Source: Xylanibacter ruminicola 23 (GTDB taxonomy: Bacteria; Bacteroidota; Bacteroidia; Bacteroidales; Bacteroidaceae). Taken from it: DNA of 32,000 nt. Shown piece by piece: positions 17,207 to 26,198 of the stretch. The notes beneath the pieces are model-generated. The model worked only from the letters and a program-made list of their open reading frames with translations. It had not been told where the DNA came from and searched no databases. The number at the start of each line of letters is the position of its first letter. Within the stretch, counting starts at the first letter, position 1. The position numbers were made by a program, and so were the translations under genes. The stretch spans positions 3,240,001 to 3,272,000 of the forward strand of contig NC_014033.1 in assembly GCF_000025925.1 (NCBI RefSeq), written 5' to 3'.

Positions 17207-18493
17207 ATGAAAAAATTACTATTTACATTGGTTTTTGTGTTAGGCAGTATGGCTACTGCTTTGGCCGAGAATTATCCCTATCGTGCTGATTATTTGTGGC
17301 TTACGGTGCCCAATCACGCCGACTGGCTCTATAAGACAGGCGAACGTGCCAAGGTCGAGGTGTCGTTCTGCCTTTATGGTATGCCACAAAATGTGGAAGT
17401 GGCTTATGAGATAGGGCCCGATATGATGCCTGCTACGTCATCTGGTAAGGTGACACTTAAGAATGGTCGTGCCGTGATTGATATGGGGACGATGAAGAAA
17501 CCTGGTTTTCTTGATATGCGACTGAGCGTTGATGGCAAGTATCAGCATCATGTTAAGGTGGGCTTCTCGCCTGAGCTGTTAAAGCCCTACACCAAGAATC
17601 CTCAGGATTTCGATGCATTCTGGAAGGCAAACCTCGATGAGGCTCGCAAAACACCTGTATCAGTAAGTTGTAATAAGGTAGATAAATATACCACCGACGC
17701 GTTTGATTGCTATCTCCTGAAAATCAAGACCGATCGTCGTCATAGCATCTATGGCTATCTCACCAAACCCAAGAAGGCAGGTAAGTACCCCGTTGTGCTC
17801 TGTCCCCCAGGTGCAGGTATCAAAACCATCAAGGAGCCTATGCGTAGTACTTTCTACGCCAAGAACGGTTTTATCCGTCTGGAGATGGAAATTCACGGCC
17901 TGAACCCAGAGATGACCGACGAGCAGTTTAAGGAGATAACCACGGCTTTTGATTACGAAAACGGATATCTTACTAATGGGCTCGACGATCGCGATAACTA
18001 CTACATGAAGCATGTTTATGTGGCATGTGTGCGTGCTATCGACTACCTGACATCACTCCCTGATTGGGATGGCAAGAATGTTTTTGTTCAAGGCGGTAGT
18101 CAGGGTGGTGCCCTTTCGCTCGTTACGGCAGGTCTCGATCCTCGTGTAACAGCCTGTGTTGCCAACCATCCTGCTTTAAGTGATATGGCCGGCTACTTGG
18201 ATAACCGTGCTGGTGGCTATCCTCATTTTAACCGATTGAAGAATATGTTCACTCCCGAAAAGGTTAACACTATGGCTTATTACGATGTAGTAAACTTTGC
18301 CCGTCGTATTACCTGTCCGGTTTATATCACTTGGGGATATAATGATAATGTGTGTCCGCCAACTACCAGCTATATTGTCTGGAACCTGATAACAGCGCCC
18401 AAGGAATCGCTCATTACACCTATCAATGAACATTGGACTACTTCAGAAACAAATTATACTCAGATGCTATGGCTCAAAAAACAAGTAAAATAA
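17207..18493 (+). CDS. CE7-type acetyl (xylan) esterase with an N-terminal beta-sandwich extension
   Basis: Signal peptide MKKLLFTLVFVLGSMATALA. The nucleophile motif GGSQGG is typical of AXE1/CE7 enzymes, and the alpha/beta-hydrolase layout is present. Confidence 0.75.
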   Translation: MKKLLFTLVFVLGSMATALAENYPYRADYLWLTVPNHADWLYKTGERAKVEVSFCLYGMPQNVEVAYEIGPDMMPATSSGKVTLKNGRAVIDMGTMKKPGFLDMRLSVDGKYQHHVKVGFSPELLKPYTKNPQDFDAFWKANLDEARKTPVSVSCNKVDKYTTDAFDCYLLKIKTDRRHSIYGYLTKPKKAGKYPVVLCPPGAGIKTIKEPMRSTFYAKNGFIRLEMEIHGLNPEMTDEQFKEITTAFDYENGYLTNGLDDRDNYYMKHVYVACVRAIDYLTSLPDWDGKNVFVQGGSQGGALSLVTAGLDPRVTACVANHPALSDMAGYLDNRAGGYPHFNRLKNMFTPEKVNTMAYYDVVNFARRITCPVYITWGYNDNVCPPTTSYIVWNLITAPKESLITPINEHWTTSETNYTQMLWLKKQVK

Positions 18494-19623
18494 TCCTTGC
18501 GTTGATGGCGTTCTGCTGTCTTAATGCTTCAGCGCAGAAACGCGAAAAATTCGAGTTTATGCGTAATCTGCCTGTGTATGCCGACTCGCTAATTGCCCAT
18601 TTCGATTATCCCTTGGCTTGGGAGAATAGTGGCATCAAGAAGTTTGGGAAGTGGAAGAAGATTGCACGCCAGAAGGTGTTTGACTGCATGCTGATGCCAC
18701 CGCCACCACCAGCCGATGGGTATCAGACGAAGGTTCTATTCGAGGAACAGCGCGATGGTTATAAGGCGCAGAAGATTGAGATTCGCTTGTCGCAGTACTA
18801 TACCGTACCTGCCTATGTGCTCATCCCCGATGGCAAAGGCCCATTTCCTGCCATCAATCTGTTGCACGATCATGGTGCCCATTTATATATAGGTAAGGAG
18901 AAGATGATACGTCCGCTATCCTGTGAGGATAAAGCGGTAGTGAAAGATGCTGAGGAGTGGCTGGCTGGTTACGAAGGCCAGTTCTTTGGCGATTATCTGG
19001 CCAGGCAGGGCTATGTGGTATTCTCTGCCGATGCCCCGATGTGGGGAGAACGTGGACAGAAAGAAGGACCGCGCCGCGACCGATACGATATGATAGCTGG
19101 CAATATGATGCTGTATGGCATCGACCTTTCGGCCTGGATGACTTACGACGATATCGCTGGTACCGAGTTCTTAGCGCAGATGCCTGAGGTTGATGCCTCG
19201 AGGATTGGTTGCACAGGCTGGTCGATGGGTGCCTATCGTGCCTGGATGCTGGCTGCACTCAGCGACCGCATCAAAGTTAGCGCCTCGGTATGCTGGATGG
19301 TTACAGCCGATGAACAGCTGTCGTTTAAGTACGACCGTACCGAGAATGGTGGCTTTGCCAACTGCTTCCCTGGTCTGCGCCGCTGGATGGATTATCCCCA
19401 TGTGGCTAGTATCGCTTGCCCTAAACCTATGCTCTTTATCAATGGTAAACAGGATAAACTGTTCCCTGTGGCTGGTGTCGAAAAGGCTTTTGCCATCATG
19501 CACAACACCTGGAAAAGTCAGGGTGCCGACGATAAATTGGAAACTGAACTTTGGGATATCCCCCACAGCTGTGGTCTGAAAGCACAGCAGCGTGTGCTCG
19601 AATTCTTCAAGAAACACTTATAA
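18469..19623 (+). CDS. Secreted alpha/beta-hydrolase, putative carbohydrate esterase
   Basis: Signal peptide MAQKTSKIILALMAFCCLNASA. Nucleophile elbow GWSMGA. The start overlaps the upstream gene by 25 nt. The ORF-track start at 18433 is a TTG. Confidence 0.7.
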   Translation: MAQKTSKIILALMAFCCLNASAQKREKFEFMRNLPVYADSLIAHFDYPLAWENSGIKKFGKWKKIARQKVFDCMLMPPPPPADGYQTKVLFEEQRDGYKAQKIEIRLSQYYTVPAYVLIPDGKGPFPAINLLHDHGAHLYIGKEKMIRPLSCEDKAVVKDAEEWLAGYEGQFFGDYLARQGYVVFSADAPMWGERGQKEGPRRDRYDMIAGNMMLYGIDLSAWMTYDDIAGTEFLAQMPEVDASRIGCTGWSMGAYRAWMLAALSDRIKVSASVCWMVTADEQLSFKYDRTENGGFANCFPGLRRWMDYPHVASIACPKPMLFINGKQDKLFPVAGVEKAFAIMHNTWKSQGADDKLETELWDIPHSCGLKAQQRVLEFFKKHL

Positions 19624-19640
19624 AAGGAAACTACTAAAAT

Positions 19641-21284
19641 ATGAAAAGAACGATTTTAATGGCAGTTGTCTGCCTGCCTCTTTTAGCTTCGGCTCAGTAT
19701 GTGTCGAAGGTGTGGAGCCCCGAAAAGGGCGATGGCACCTACACCAATCCTGTGATTAATGCTGATTATAGCGACCCCGATGTGTGCGTGGGTGCCAGCG
19801 GCGAGGATTATTACATGACGGCTTCGTCGTTTCAGTGCGTGCCTGGTCTGCCCATCCTGCACTCCAAGGATTTGGTAAACTGGGAGATTATTAATTATGC
19901 ATTAGGCAATCTGTACGAGGGCGATGAGGCTTTGCTCGAGCATTTTAGTTCGCCTCGTCATGGTGCTGGCGTTTGGGCACCCAGTATCCGCTATCATGCC
20001 GGCTGGTACTATATCTATTGGGGCGATCCCGACTTTGGTGTGTATATGGTAAAAACACAGGATCCTGCCGGCAAGTGGGAGGCTCCCGTTTGTGTGATTA
20101 AAGGGCAGGGGTATATCGATACCACGCCGCTTTGGGACGATGATGGACGCTGCTATCTGGTTAACGGATGGGCCAACAGTCGTTCTAAGTTCGCCTCGGT
20201 ACTCACGGTGCGTGAATTATCAGCTGATGGCACTCGTGTCATTGGCCAGCCTGTGATTGTTTTTGATGGCAACGGCACTGAGAATCGTACTTGTGAGGGA
20301 CCGAAATTCTACAAGCGCGATGGTTGGTACTGGATTATGTGTCCTGCAGGCGGCGTGCCCACTGGCTTCCAGTTGGCCATGCGTAGTCGCAGCCCTTATG
20401 GTCCTTATGAGCATAAGATAGTATTAGCTCAGGGCAAAACTACTATCAACGGCCCTCATCAGGGTGGTTGGGTACATACCAAATACGGCGAGGATTGGTT
20501 CCTGCATTTCCAGGATAAAGAGGCTTATGGTCGTGTGGTTCACTTGAATCCCGTTGATTGGAGCACCGGTTGGCCCATCATGGGTAAGAAGGGCGAGCCT
20601 GTAACTACCTATAAGAAACCAAAGAGCAGTTCAACGCTGGTGATTAATCCTGTTGAAAGCGACGAGTTTAATAGTAACAAGCTAGGCCTGCAGTGGCAAT
20701 GGCATGCCAACTACGATGAGAAATTCGGTATGCCCACCGCCTTTGGCACCTATCGTATCTATAATTATAAACTCTCGGATAACTTCGTGAACTTCTGGGA
20801 GGTGCCCAATCTGTTGCTCCAGAAAACACCTGCCGATAAGTTTACCGCTACCACCAAAATCCGCTTTACTTCGAAAGCTGAAGGACAGATGGGCGGCCTC
20901 ATTATGATGGGCCTCGACTATTCGGCGTTGGTAGTAAAGCGTGTGGGTAAGCAGTTCCAATTGCTGCAACTCACCTGTAAGGCAGCCGATAAAGGCACTC
21001 CGCAGACAGAGCAGCTGATAGCAACCCTAAAACCCTCAGCCGAGGATAAGATCGATTACAAACCAGCTATCCACATGGATATCTATCTCCGTTTGAGTGT
21101 AGATAACTCTAAGTTGAAGTTCGCCTACAGTCTGGATGGCAAGAAGTTCAAATCCTGTGGTACTGAGTTCCAGATGCGCGAGGGCAAATGGATTGGCGCT
21201 AAGTTCGGTTATGTATCTGTAGATGATAATGCTAAATCCGATCGTGGCAATCTGGATGCCGACTGGATTAGGGTAACACCATAA
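19641..21284 (+). CDS. GH43 beta-xylosidase/alpha-L-arabinofuranosidase-type enzyme with a C-terminal beta-sandwich domain
   Basis: Signal peptide MKRTILMAVVCLPLLASA. Motifs are YTNPVINADYSDPDVC, VPGLPILHSKDLVNWE, VWAPSIRY and CEGPKFYKRDGWYW. Confidence 0.85.
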   Translation: MKRTILMAVVCLPLLASAQYVSKVWSPEKGDGTYTNPVINADYSDPDVCVGASGEDYYMTASSFQCVPGLPILHSKDLVNWEIINYALGNLYEGDEALLEHFSSPRHGAGVWAPSIRYHAGWYYIYWGDPDFGVYMVKTQDPAGKWEAPVCVIKGQGYIDTTPLWDDDGRCYLVNGWANSRSKFASVLTVRELSADGTRVIGQPVIVFDGNGTENRTCEGPKFYKRDGWYWIMCPAGGVPTGFQLAMRSRSPYGPYEHKIVLAQGKTTINGPHQGGWVHTKYGEDWFLHFQDKEAYGRVVHLNPVDWSTGWPIMGKKGEPVTTYKKPKSSSTLVINPVESDEFNSNKLGLQWQWHANYDEKFGMPTAFGTYRIYNYKLSDNFVNFWEVPNLLLQKTPADKFTATTKIRFTSKAEGQMGGLIMMGLDYSALVVKRVGKQFQLLQLTCKAADKGTPQTEQLIATLKPSAEDKIDYKPAIHMDIYLRLSVDNSKLKFAYSLDGKKFKSCGTEFQMREGKWIGAKFGYVSVDDNAKSDRGNLDADWIRVTP

Positions 21285-21307
21285 GGTGCTTATATATAAT
21301 AAGGTGT

Positions 21308-21340
21308 GGGCTTGTATCTATGGGATGCAAGCCCTTTTTT
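21308..21340 (+). terminator. Rho-independent terminator ending PUL-1
   Basis: An 11-bp stem, GGGCTTGTATC / GATGCAAGCCC with one G-U pair, and a 5-nt loop, followed by T6 (21335-21340). It starts 24 nt after the GH43 stop. Confidence 0.8.
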
Positions 21341-21344
21341 ATTA

Positions 21345-21358
21345 TGCAAACGTTTGCA
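21345..21358. promoter_or_regulatory. Perfect 14-bp palindrome TGCAAACGTTTGCA, a LacI/GalR-type operator candidate
   Basis: The sequence is exactly self-complementary with a central CG. It ends 54 nt before the susC -7 box. Confidence 0.55.
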
Positions 21359-21412
21359 CGTCAAAAATAACATTTTTAAACAGAAAAAAGAATAACGTAT
21401 TGAAATCTGATT

Positions 21413-21420
21413 TATCTTTG
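21413..21420 (+). promoter_or_regulatory. -7 promoter box TATCTTTG for the starch PUL susCDEF operon
   Basis: Matches TAnnTTTG, 80 nt upstream of the ATG at 21501. Confidence 0.5.
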
Positions 21421-21500
21421 CACCGATGAAACTGTAAATTCAAGCTCCCAAGAAGCTTAAAACGATATAACAATAACAAATTAACTCTAATTCAAATGTA

Positions 21501-24500
21501 ATGATGAAGCAGGTAAACATTCAATTCCCGATGAGGATGATTGGCCTTATTTTAGGTCTGTTCCTATCGGTAAGTGCCTTTGCGCAGATTGACGTAAAAG
21601 GTCATGTGAAAGATGCTACAGGCGAACCCATTATCGGCGCAACAGTACGTGTTGACGGCACACAGGCCGCCACTGTTACTGATTTCGACGGTAACTTCGT
21701 GCTGAAGGCAGAACAGGGTGCAAACATTACCGTGAGCTATATTGGCTATCAGAGCCAGACGGTAAAGGCTGCTCCCAGTTTGGTGATTACGCTCCAGGAC
21801 GATGCTGCTGTTCTTAACGAGGTAGTGGTTATCGGATATGGTGCAGTAAAAAAGAGCGACCTGACTGGTTCGGTTACAGCTTTGAAGCCCGATACAAAGA
21901 ACAAGGGTTTGGTTGTTAACGCTCAGGACATGATGCAAGGTAAGATTGCCGGTGTTAATGTAACAAGTGGTGGTGGTTCTCCTGGTGGTGGCGCTACCAT
22001 CCGTATCCGTGGTGGTTCTTCATTGAATGCATCTAACGACCCTCTGATTGTGATCGACGGTGTGGCAATGGATAACAATGGAGTGAAGGGTCTTTCTAAC
22101 CCCCTTTCAATGGTAAACCCACAGGATATCGAGTCGTTCAACGTGCTGAAGGATGCTTCAGCTACTGCTATCTATGGTAGCCGTGGTTCAAATGGTGTTA
22201 TCATCATCACCACAAAGAAGGGCCGCAAGGGCATGGCTCCTCAGGTATCTTACGCAGGTAATGTTTCTCTGAGTGCTAAGAAGAAGACTATCGATGTAAT
22301 GGATGGCGATGAGTTCCGTGCATTCATCAAGTCGGCATTCGCAGGTAAGGCTAACTATGATGAGGCTGTTGGCGTTCTTGGTGATGCTAACACCGACTGG
22401 CAGAAGCAGATTTATCGTACCGCAATCAGCCACGATCACAATGTAACTGTTGCTGGTGCATTCAACAATCTGCCTTATCGTTTGTCACTTGGCTATACCG
22501 ATCAGCAGGGTATCCTGAAGACTTCTGACTTCAAGCGCTACACAGCTGCTTTGAACCTGAATCCTTCGTTCTTTAAGGATCACCTGACATTGAACCTGAA
22601 TGCTAAGGGCATGTGGGCAAAGACTCAGTATGCCGACACCGAGGCTATTAGTGCAGCTGTTCGTATGGATCCTACCCAGAGCATCTATGATACAACATCT
22701 ACAGATGCTGCTAACTTTGGTGGATTCTTCCAGTGGCGTAACCCAGGTGCTACTCTCAACGACCCATCATGGCCTTATACTCACAACAACCTCTCTGTAA
22801 AGAACCCTGTTTCTTTGCTCGAGTTGAATGACGACCGTGCTATCAGCCGCTCATTCATCGGTAATGCTGAGGCTGACTATAAGATTCATGGTTTTGAGGA
22901 CCTGCGCCTCCACCTTACTTTGGGCGCCGACGTATCTGAGGGTAAGCAGTGGACAGATAAGCCAGGTTCTAACCCTTCAGCCATCTACTATGGTTCACAT
23001 GGTTGGGATCGTATCACCAAACGTAACCTATCACTCTCTGCTTATGCACAGTATTATAAGGACTTTGCTAAGCTTCACCACTTCGATATCATGGGTGGTT
23101 ACGAGTGGCAGCACTTCTGGCGCTCTCAGAAGAATAACTATTGGGGAGCATATCCTTCTACCAATACTGTTAAGCCAGGCGAGTATAACAACTGGACCAT
23201 GTATAGCTACAAGACCGAGAACTACCTCGTATCGTTCTTCGGACGTATGAACTATATCTTCAATGAGCGTTACTATCTCACAGCAACTATTCGTGACGAC
23301 GGTTCTTCACGTTTCAAGGATCACTGGGCACTCTTCCCATCAGTTGCTCTGGCTTACAAGATGAGCGAGGAGACTCCTCTTAAGAATATCAGCTGGCTTT
23401 CTGATTTGAAGCTCCGTCTTGGTTGGGGTAAGACTGGTCAGCAGGAGGGTATTGGCGACTACAACTACTTCCCTGTATATAAGCAGAACTCTGGTTCAGA
23501 GGGTAGCTACTACGATTTGATGGGCGATGGTACTTTTGTACGTCCAAATGCTTACGACCCGAACCTGAAGTGGGAGACCACAACTACTTATAATGCCGGT
23601 ATCGACTTCGGATTCCTCCAGAACCGTATCAGTGGTAGTGTAGATGTTTATCATCGTAAGACCACCGATCTGTTGAACACCGCATTCGTACCCGCAGGTT
23701 CTAACTTCCGCAACCAGGTAACAACCAACATCGGTTCTCTCGAGAACACTGGTGTTGAGCTCGCTCTGAGTTGGAAGCCTGTTCAGACCAAGGATTGGTA
23801 CTGGACCATCGATTACAACTTTACTTATAACCACAATGAGATTACCGAGCTGATTGGTGGCGATGACGACTATTATGTTGCTACTGGTGGTATTTCAGCA
23901 GGTACTGGTAATAATATCCAGGCTCATACTGTTGGAAAGCCAGCTAATTCGTTCCATGTTTATCAGCAGGCTTACGATGTAAATGGTAATCCTATCGAGA
24001 ATCAGGTAGTTGACCGTAATGGTGACGGCCAGATTACAGAGGACGACCTCTATTACTACAAGAGCCCAATGGCTCCTGTTACAATGGGTCTGAGCTCTCG
24101 CGTAGAGTATAAGAACTGGGACTTCGGTTTCACTCTCCGTGCAAGCATTGGTAACTATGTATTCAACGACCTGATGGCTGGTCAGAGCAACGTATCAGCA
24201 GGATCTGTTTACTACTCTGGCTATATGTCAAACCGTCCTACTTATGTAGTTCCATTCAACTATCAGACCTACGACACTCGTAACATCCTCTCTGACCGTT
24301 GGGTACAGAATGGATCGTTCCTGAAGTGTGATAACATCACACTGGGTTATAGCTTCGAGAACCTCTTCCCAATGGGTAGCTATAAGGGCGTTAGCGGTCG
24401 TGTATACGCTTCGGCAACAAACGTATTCACTATCACTAAGTACAAGGGTATCGATCCTGAAGTGTTTGGAGGTATCGATAATAACCTCTATCCACGTCCT

Positions 24501-24536
24501 ATTACTTTCCAGCTGGGTCTGAATCTGAATTTCTAA
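21501..24536 (+). CDS. susC: SusC-like TonB-dependent transporter (starch PUL)
   Basis: 1011 aa. It has a CarboxypepD_reg-like N-terminus (DVKGHVKDATGEPIIGATVRV...DFDGNF), a plug region (VVIGYGAVKKSDLTGSV) and a C-terminal LNLNF. SusD/E/F homologues and an amylase follow. Confidence 0.9.
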   Translation: MMKQVNIQFPMRMIGLILGLFLSVSAFAQIDVKGHVKDATGEPIIGATVRVDGTQAATVTDFDGNFVLKAEQGANITVSYIGYQSQTVKAAPSLVITLQDDAAVLNEVVVIGYGAVKKSDLTGSVTALKPDTKNKGLVVNAQDMMQGKIAGVNVTSGGGSPGGGATIRIRGGSSLNASNDPLIVIDGVAMDNNGVKGLSNPLSMVNPQDIESFNVLKDASATAIYGSRGSNGVIIITTKKGRKGMAPQVSYAGNVSLSAKKKTIDVMDGDEFRAFIKSAFAGKANYDEAVGVLGDANTDWQKQIYRTAISHDHNVTVAGAFNNLPYRLSLGYTDQQGILKTSDFKRYTAALNLNPSFFKDHLTLNLNAKGMWAKTQYADTEAISAAVRMDPTQSIYDTTSTDAANFGGFFQWRNPGATLNDPSWPYTHNNLSVKNPVSLLELNDDRAISRSFIGNAEADYKIHGFEDLRLHLTLGADVSEGKQWTDKPGSNPSAIYYGSHGWDRITKRNLSLSAYAQYYKDFAKLHHFDIMGGYEWQHFWRSQKNNYWGAYPSTNTVKPGEYNNWTMYSYKTENYLVSFFGRMNYIFNERYYLTATIRDDGSSRFKDHWALFPSVALAYKMSEETPLKNISWLSDLKLRLGWGKTGQQEGIGDYNYFPVYKQNSGSEGSYYDLMGDGTFVRPNAYDPNLKWETTTTYNAGIDFGFLQNRISGSVDVYHRKTTDLLNTAFVPAGSNFRNQVTTNIGSLENTGVELALSWKPVQTKDWYWTIDYNFTYNHNEITELIGGDDDYYVATGGISAGTGNNIQAHTVGKPANSFHVYQQAYDVNGNPIENQVVDRNGDGQITEDDLYYYKSPMAPVTMGLSSRVEYKNWDFGFTLRASIGNYVFNDLMAGQSNVSAGSVYYSGYMSNRPTYVVPFNYQTYDTRNILSDRWVQNGSFLKCDNITLGYSFENLFPMGSYKGVSGRVYASATNVFTITKYKGIDPEVFGGIDNNLYPRPITFQLGLNLNF

Positions 24537-24560
24537 ATTCACCATTTAAATTAAGTAACA

Positions 24561-26174
24561 ATGAAAACATCAATTAAACATATAATTCCAGTAGCAGCAT
24601 TGCTGCTCGTGATGGGATTCACATCCTGCACCAAAGATTTGGATGTAACGCCTATCGACCCGAACTATGTGGAGCCAACCCCAGAGCAGCTTTATAACAA
24701 GTGCTTTGCCACCATGGCAACAGCCGGTAACGATGCTGCTGATGGCGATAGCGACGTAGATGGTATCGATGGTGGTACTTCTGGTTACTTCCGCCAGATG
24801 TGGAATGAACAGGAGCTCACTACCGACGAGGTGTTCTGTGCTTGGGGTGATGAGGGTATCTCTGGTTTCTGCTATAATACCTACGACGCTTCTCACCCAA
24901 TGCTGCGTGGTTTCTACTATCGTCTTTATGTAGCTATCACTTTCTGTAATCAGTATCTGCAGGAGTATAGCAGTTACAATCCTCAGATGACAGCCGAGAT
25001 CCGTTGGCTGCGTGCTTTCCACTATTATCAGCTGGTTGACGGTTGGGGAAGTGTTCCTTTCGTAACTTCTATCAGTTCTGAGAAGCCTCAGCAGGCCAGT
25101 CGTAATGAGATTTATAGCTTCATCGAGAGTGAACTGCTTGATATCGAGAGCCAGTTGGCCGATGCAAAAGCTAAGAACTCAAGCGATTCTATGTGGGGTC
25201 GTCCCGACCGTGCTGCTGCTTGGTTGCTGTTGGCTCGTCTGTACCTGAATGCCGAGGTTTATACAGGTACTGCTCAGTGGGCTAAGGCTGCCGAATATGC
25301 TAATAAGGTAATGAATTCGGCTTATCAGCTGAATACAAAAGGTGTTGGTGCTTGGACTGCTTACCGTATGCTGTTTATGGGCGACAATGGTGAGACAAGT
25401 GCTGCTAACGAGATTATCTTCCCACTGCTTCAGGATGGTAAGCGCACCACTTCATGGGGTTGTGCACTCTATCTAATTGCAGCTCCTTGGAAGAATAATA
25501 TTATGTTTGAGCATCCTACCGATCTTACACAGACCAATGGTACAACAGCTGGTTGGGAGGGACATCGTGCTCGTCCTGAGTTGGTTAAGAAATTCTTCCC
25601 CAATGGTGATGCACCAACCGATGTTCGTAGCTACGATATGGTTACAGCTGCAGGCGACGATCGTGCTCTGTTCAACAGTGTTCAGCGAATTTTGGACATC
25701 GACGATGTAAGCGTCTTCGAGAATGGCTTTGGCTATACTAAGTTTACCAATTTCAAGACCGATGGTTCTGCAGGTCACGATCCTCAGCACCCCGATATGG
25801 ATGTTCCTCTGATGCGTAAGGCCGAGGCTTACCTGATTTATGCTGAGGCAACAGCTCGCCAGGGTGGTGGTAATGCTACATCTGATGGTGTAACAGCTCT
25901 GAATACACTTCGTACCCGTGCACACGCTTCGGCTAAGAGCAGCTTTACACTGAATGAGATTTGCGACGAGTGGAGCCGTGAGTTCTACGCTGAGGGTCTG
26001 CGCCGTACTACACTTATCCGCTTCGGTAAGTTCGGTGGTAATACCGATTATCAGTGGCAGTGGAAGGGTGGTTCACACGATGGACGTAACTTCGCAGCTA
26101 CCCGCAACCTCTTCCCGATTCCAACCACAGACCTCGTGGCTAACGAGAATCTGACTCAGAATCCTGGTTACTAA
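24561..26174 (+). CDS. susD: SusD-like starch-binding outer-membrane lipoprotein
   Basis: Lipobox GFTSC. SusD-family motifs are RAFHYYQLVDGWGSVPF, ARLYLNAEVY, KAEAYLIYAE and REFYAEGLRR. It sits directly after susC. Confidence 0.9.
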   Translation: MKTSIKHIIPVAALLLVMGFTSCTKDLDVTPIDPNYVEPTPEQLYNKCFATMATAGNDAADGDSDVDGIDGGTSGYFRQMWNEQELTTDEVFCAWGDEGISGFCYNTYDASHPMLRGFYYRLYVAITFCNQYLQEYSSYNPQMTAEIRWLRAFHYYQLVDGWGSVPFVTSISSEKPQQASRNEIYSFIESELLDIESQLADAKAKNSSDSMWGRPDRAAAWLLLARLYLNAEVYTGTAQWAKAAEYANKVMNSAYQLNTKGVGAWTAYRMLFMGDNGETSAANEIIFPLLQDGKRTTSWGCALYLIAAPWKNNIMFEHPTDLTQTNGTTAGWEGHRARPELVKKFFPNGDAPTDVRSYDMVTAAGDDRALFNSVQRILDIDDVSVFENGFGYTKFTNFKTDGSAGHDPQHPDMDVPLMRKAEAYLIYAEATARQGGGNATSDGVTALNTLRTRAHASAKSSFTLNEICDEWSREFYAEGLRRTTLIRFGKFGGNTDYQWQWKGGSHDGRNFAATRNLFPIPTTDLVANENLTQNPGY

Positions 26175-26198
26175 TCAATTACATAAAGGAAACAAGTT

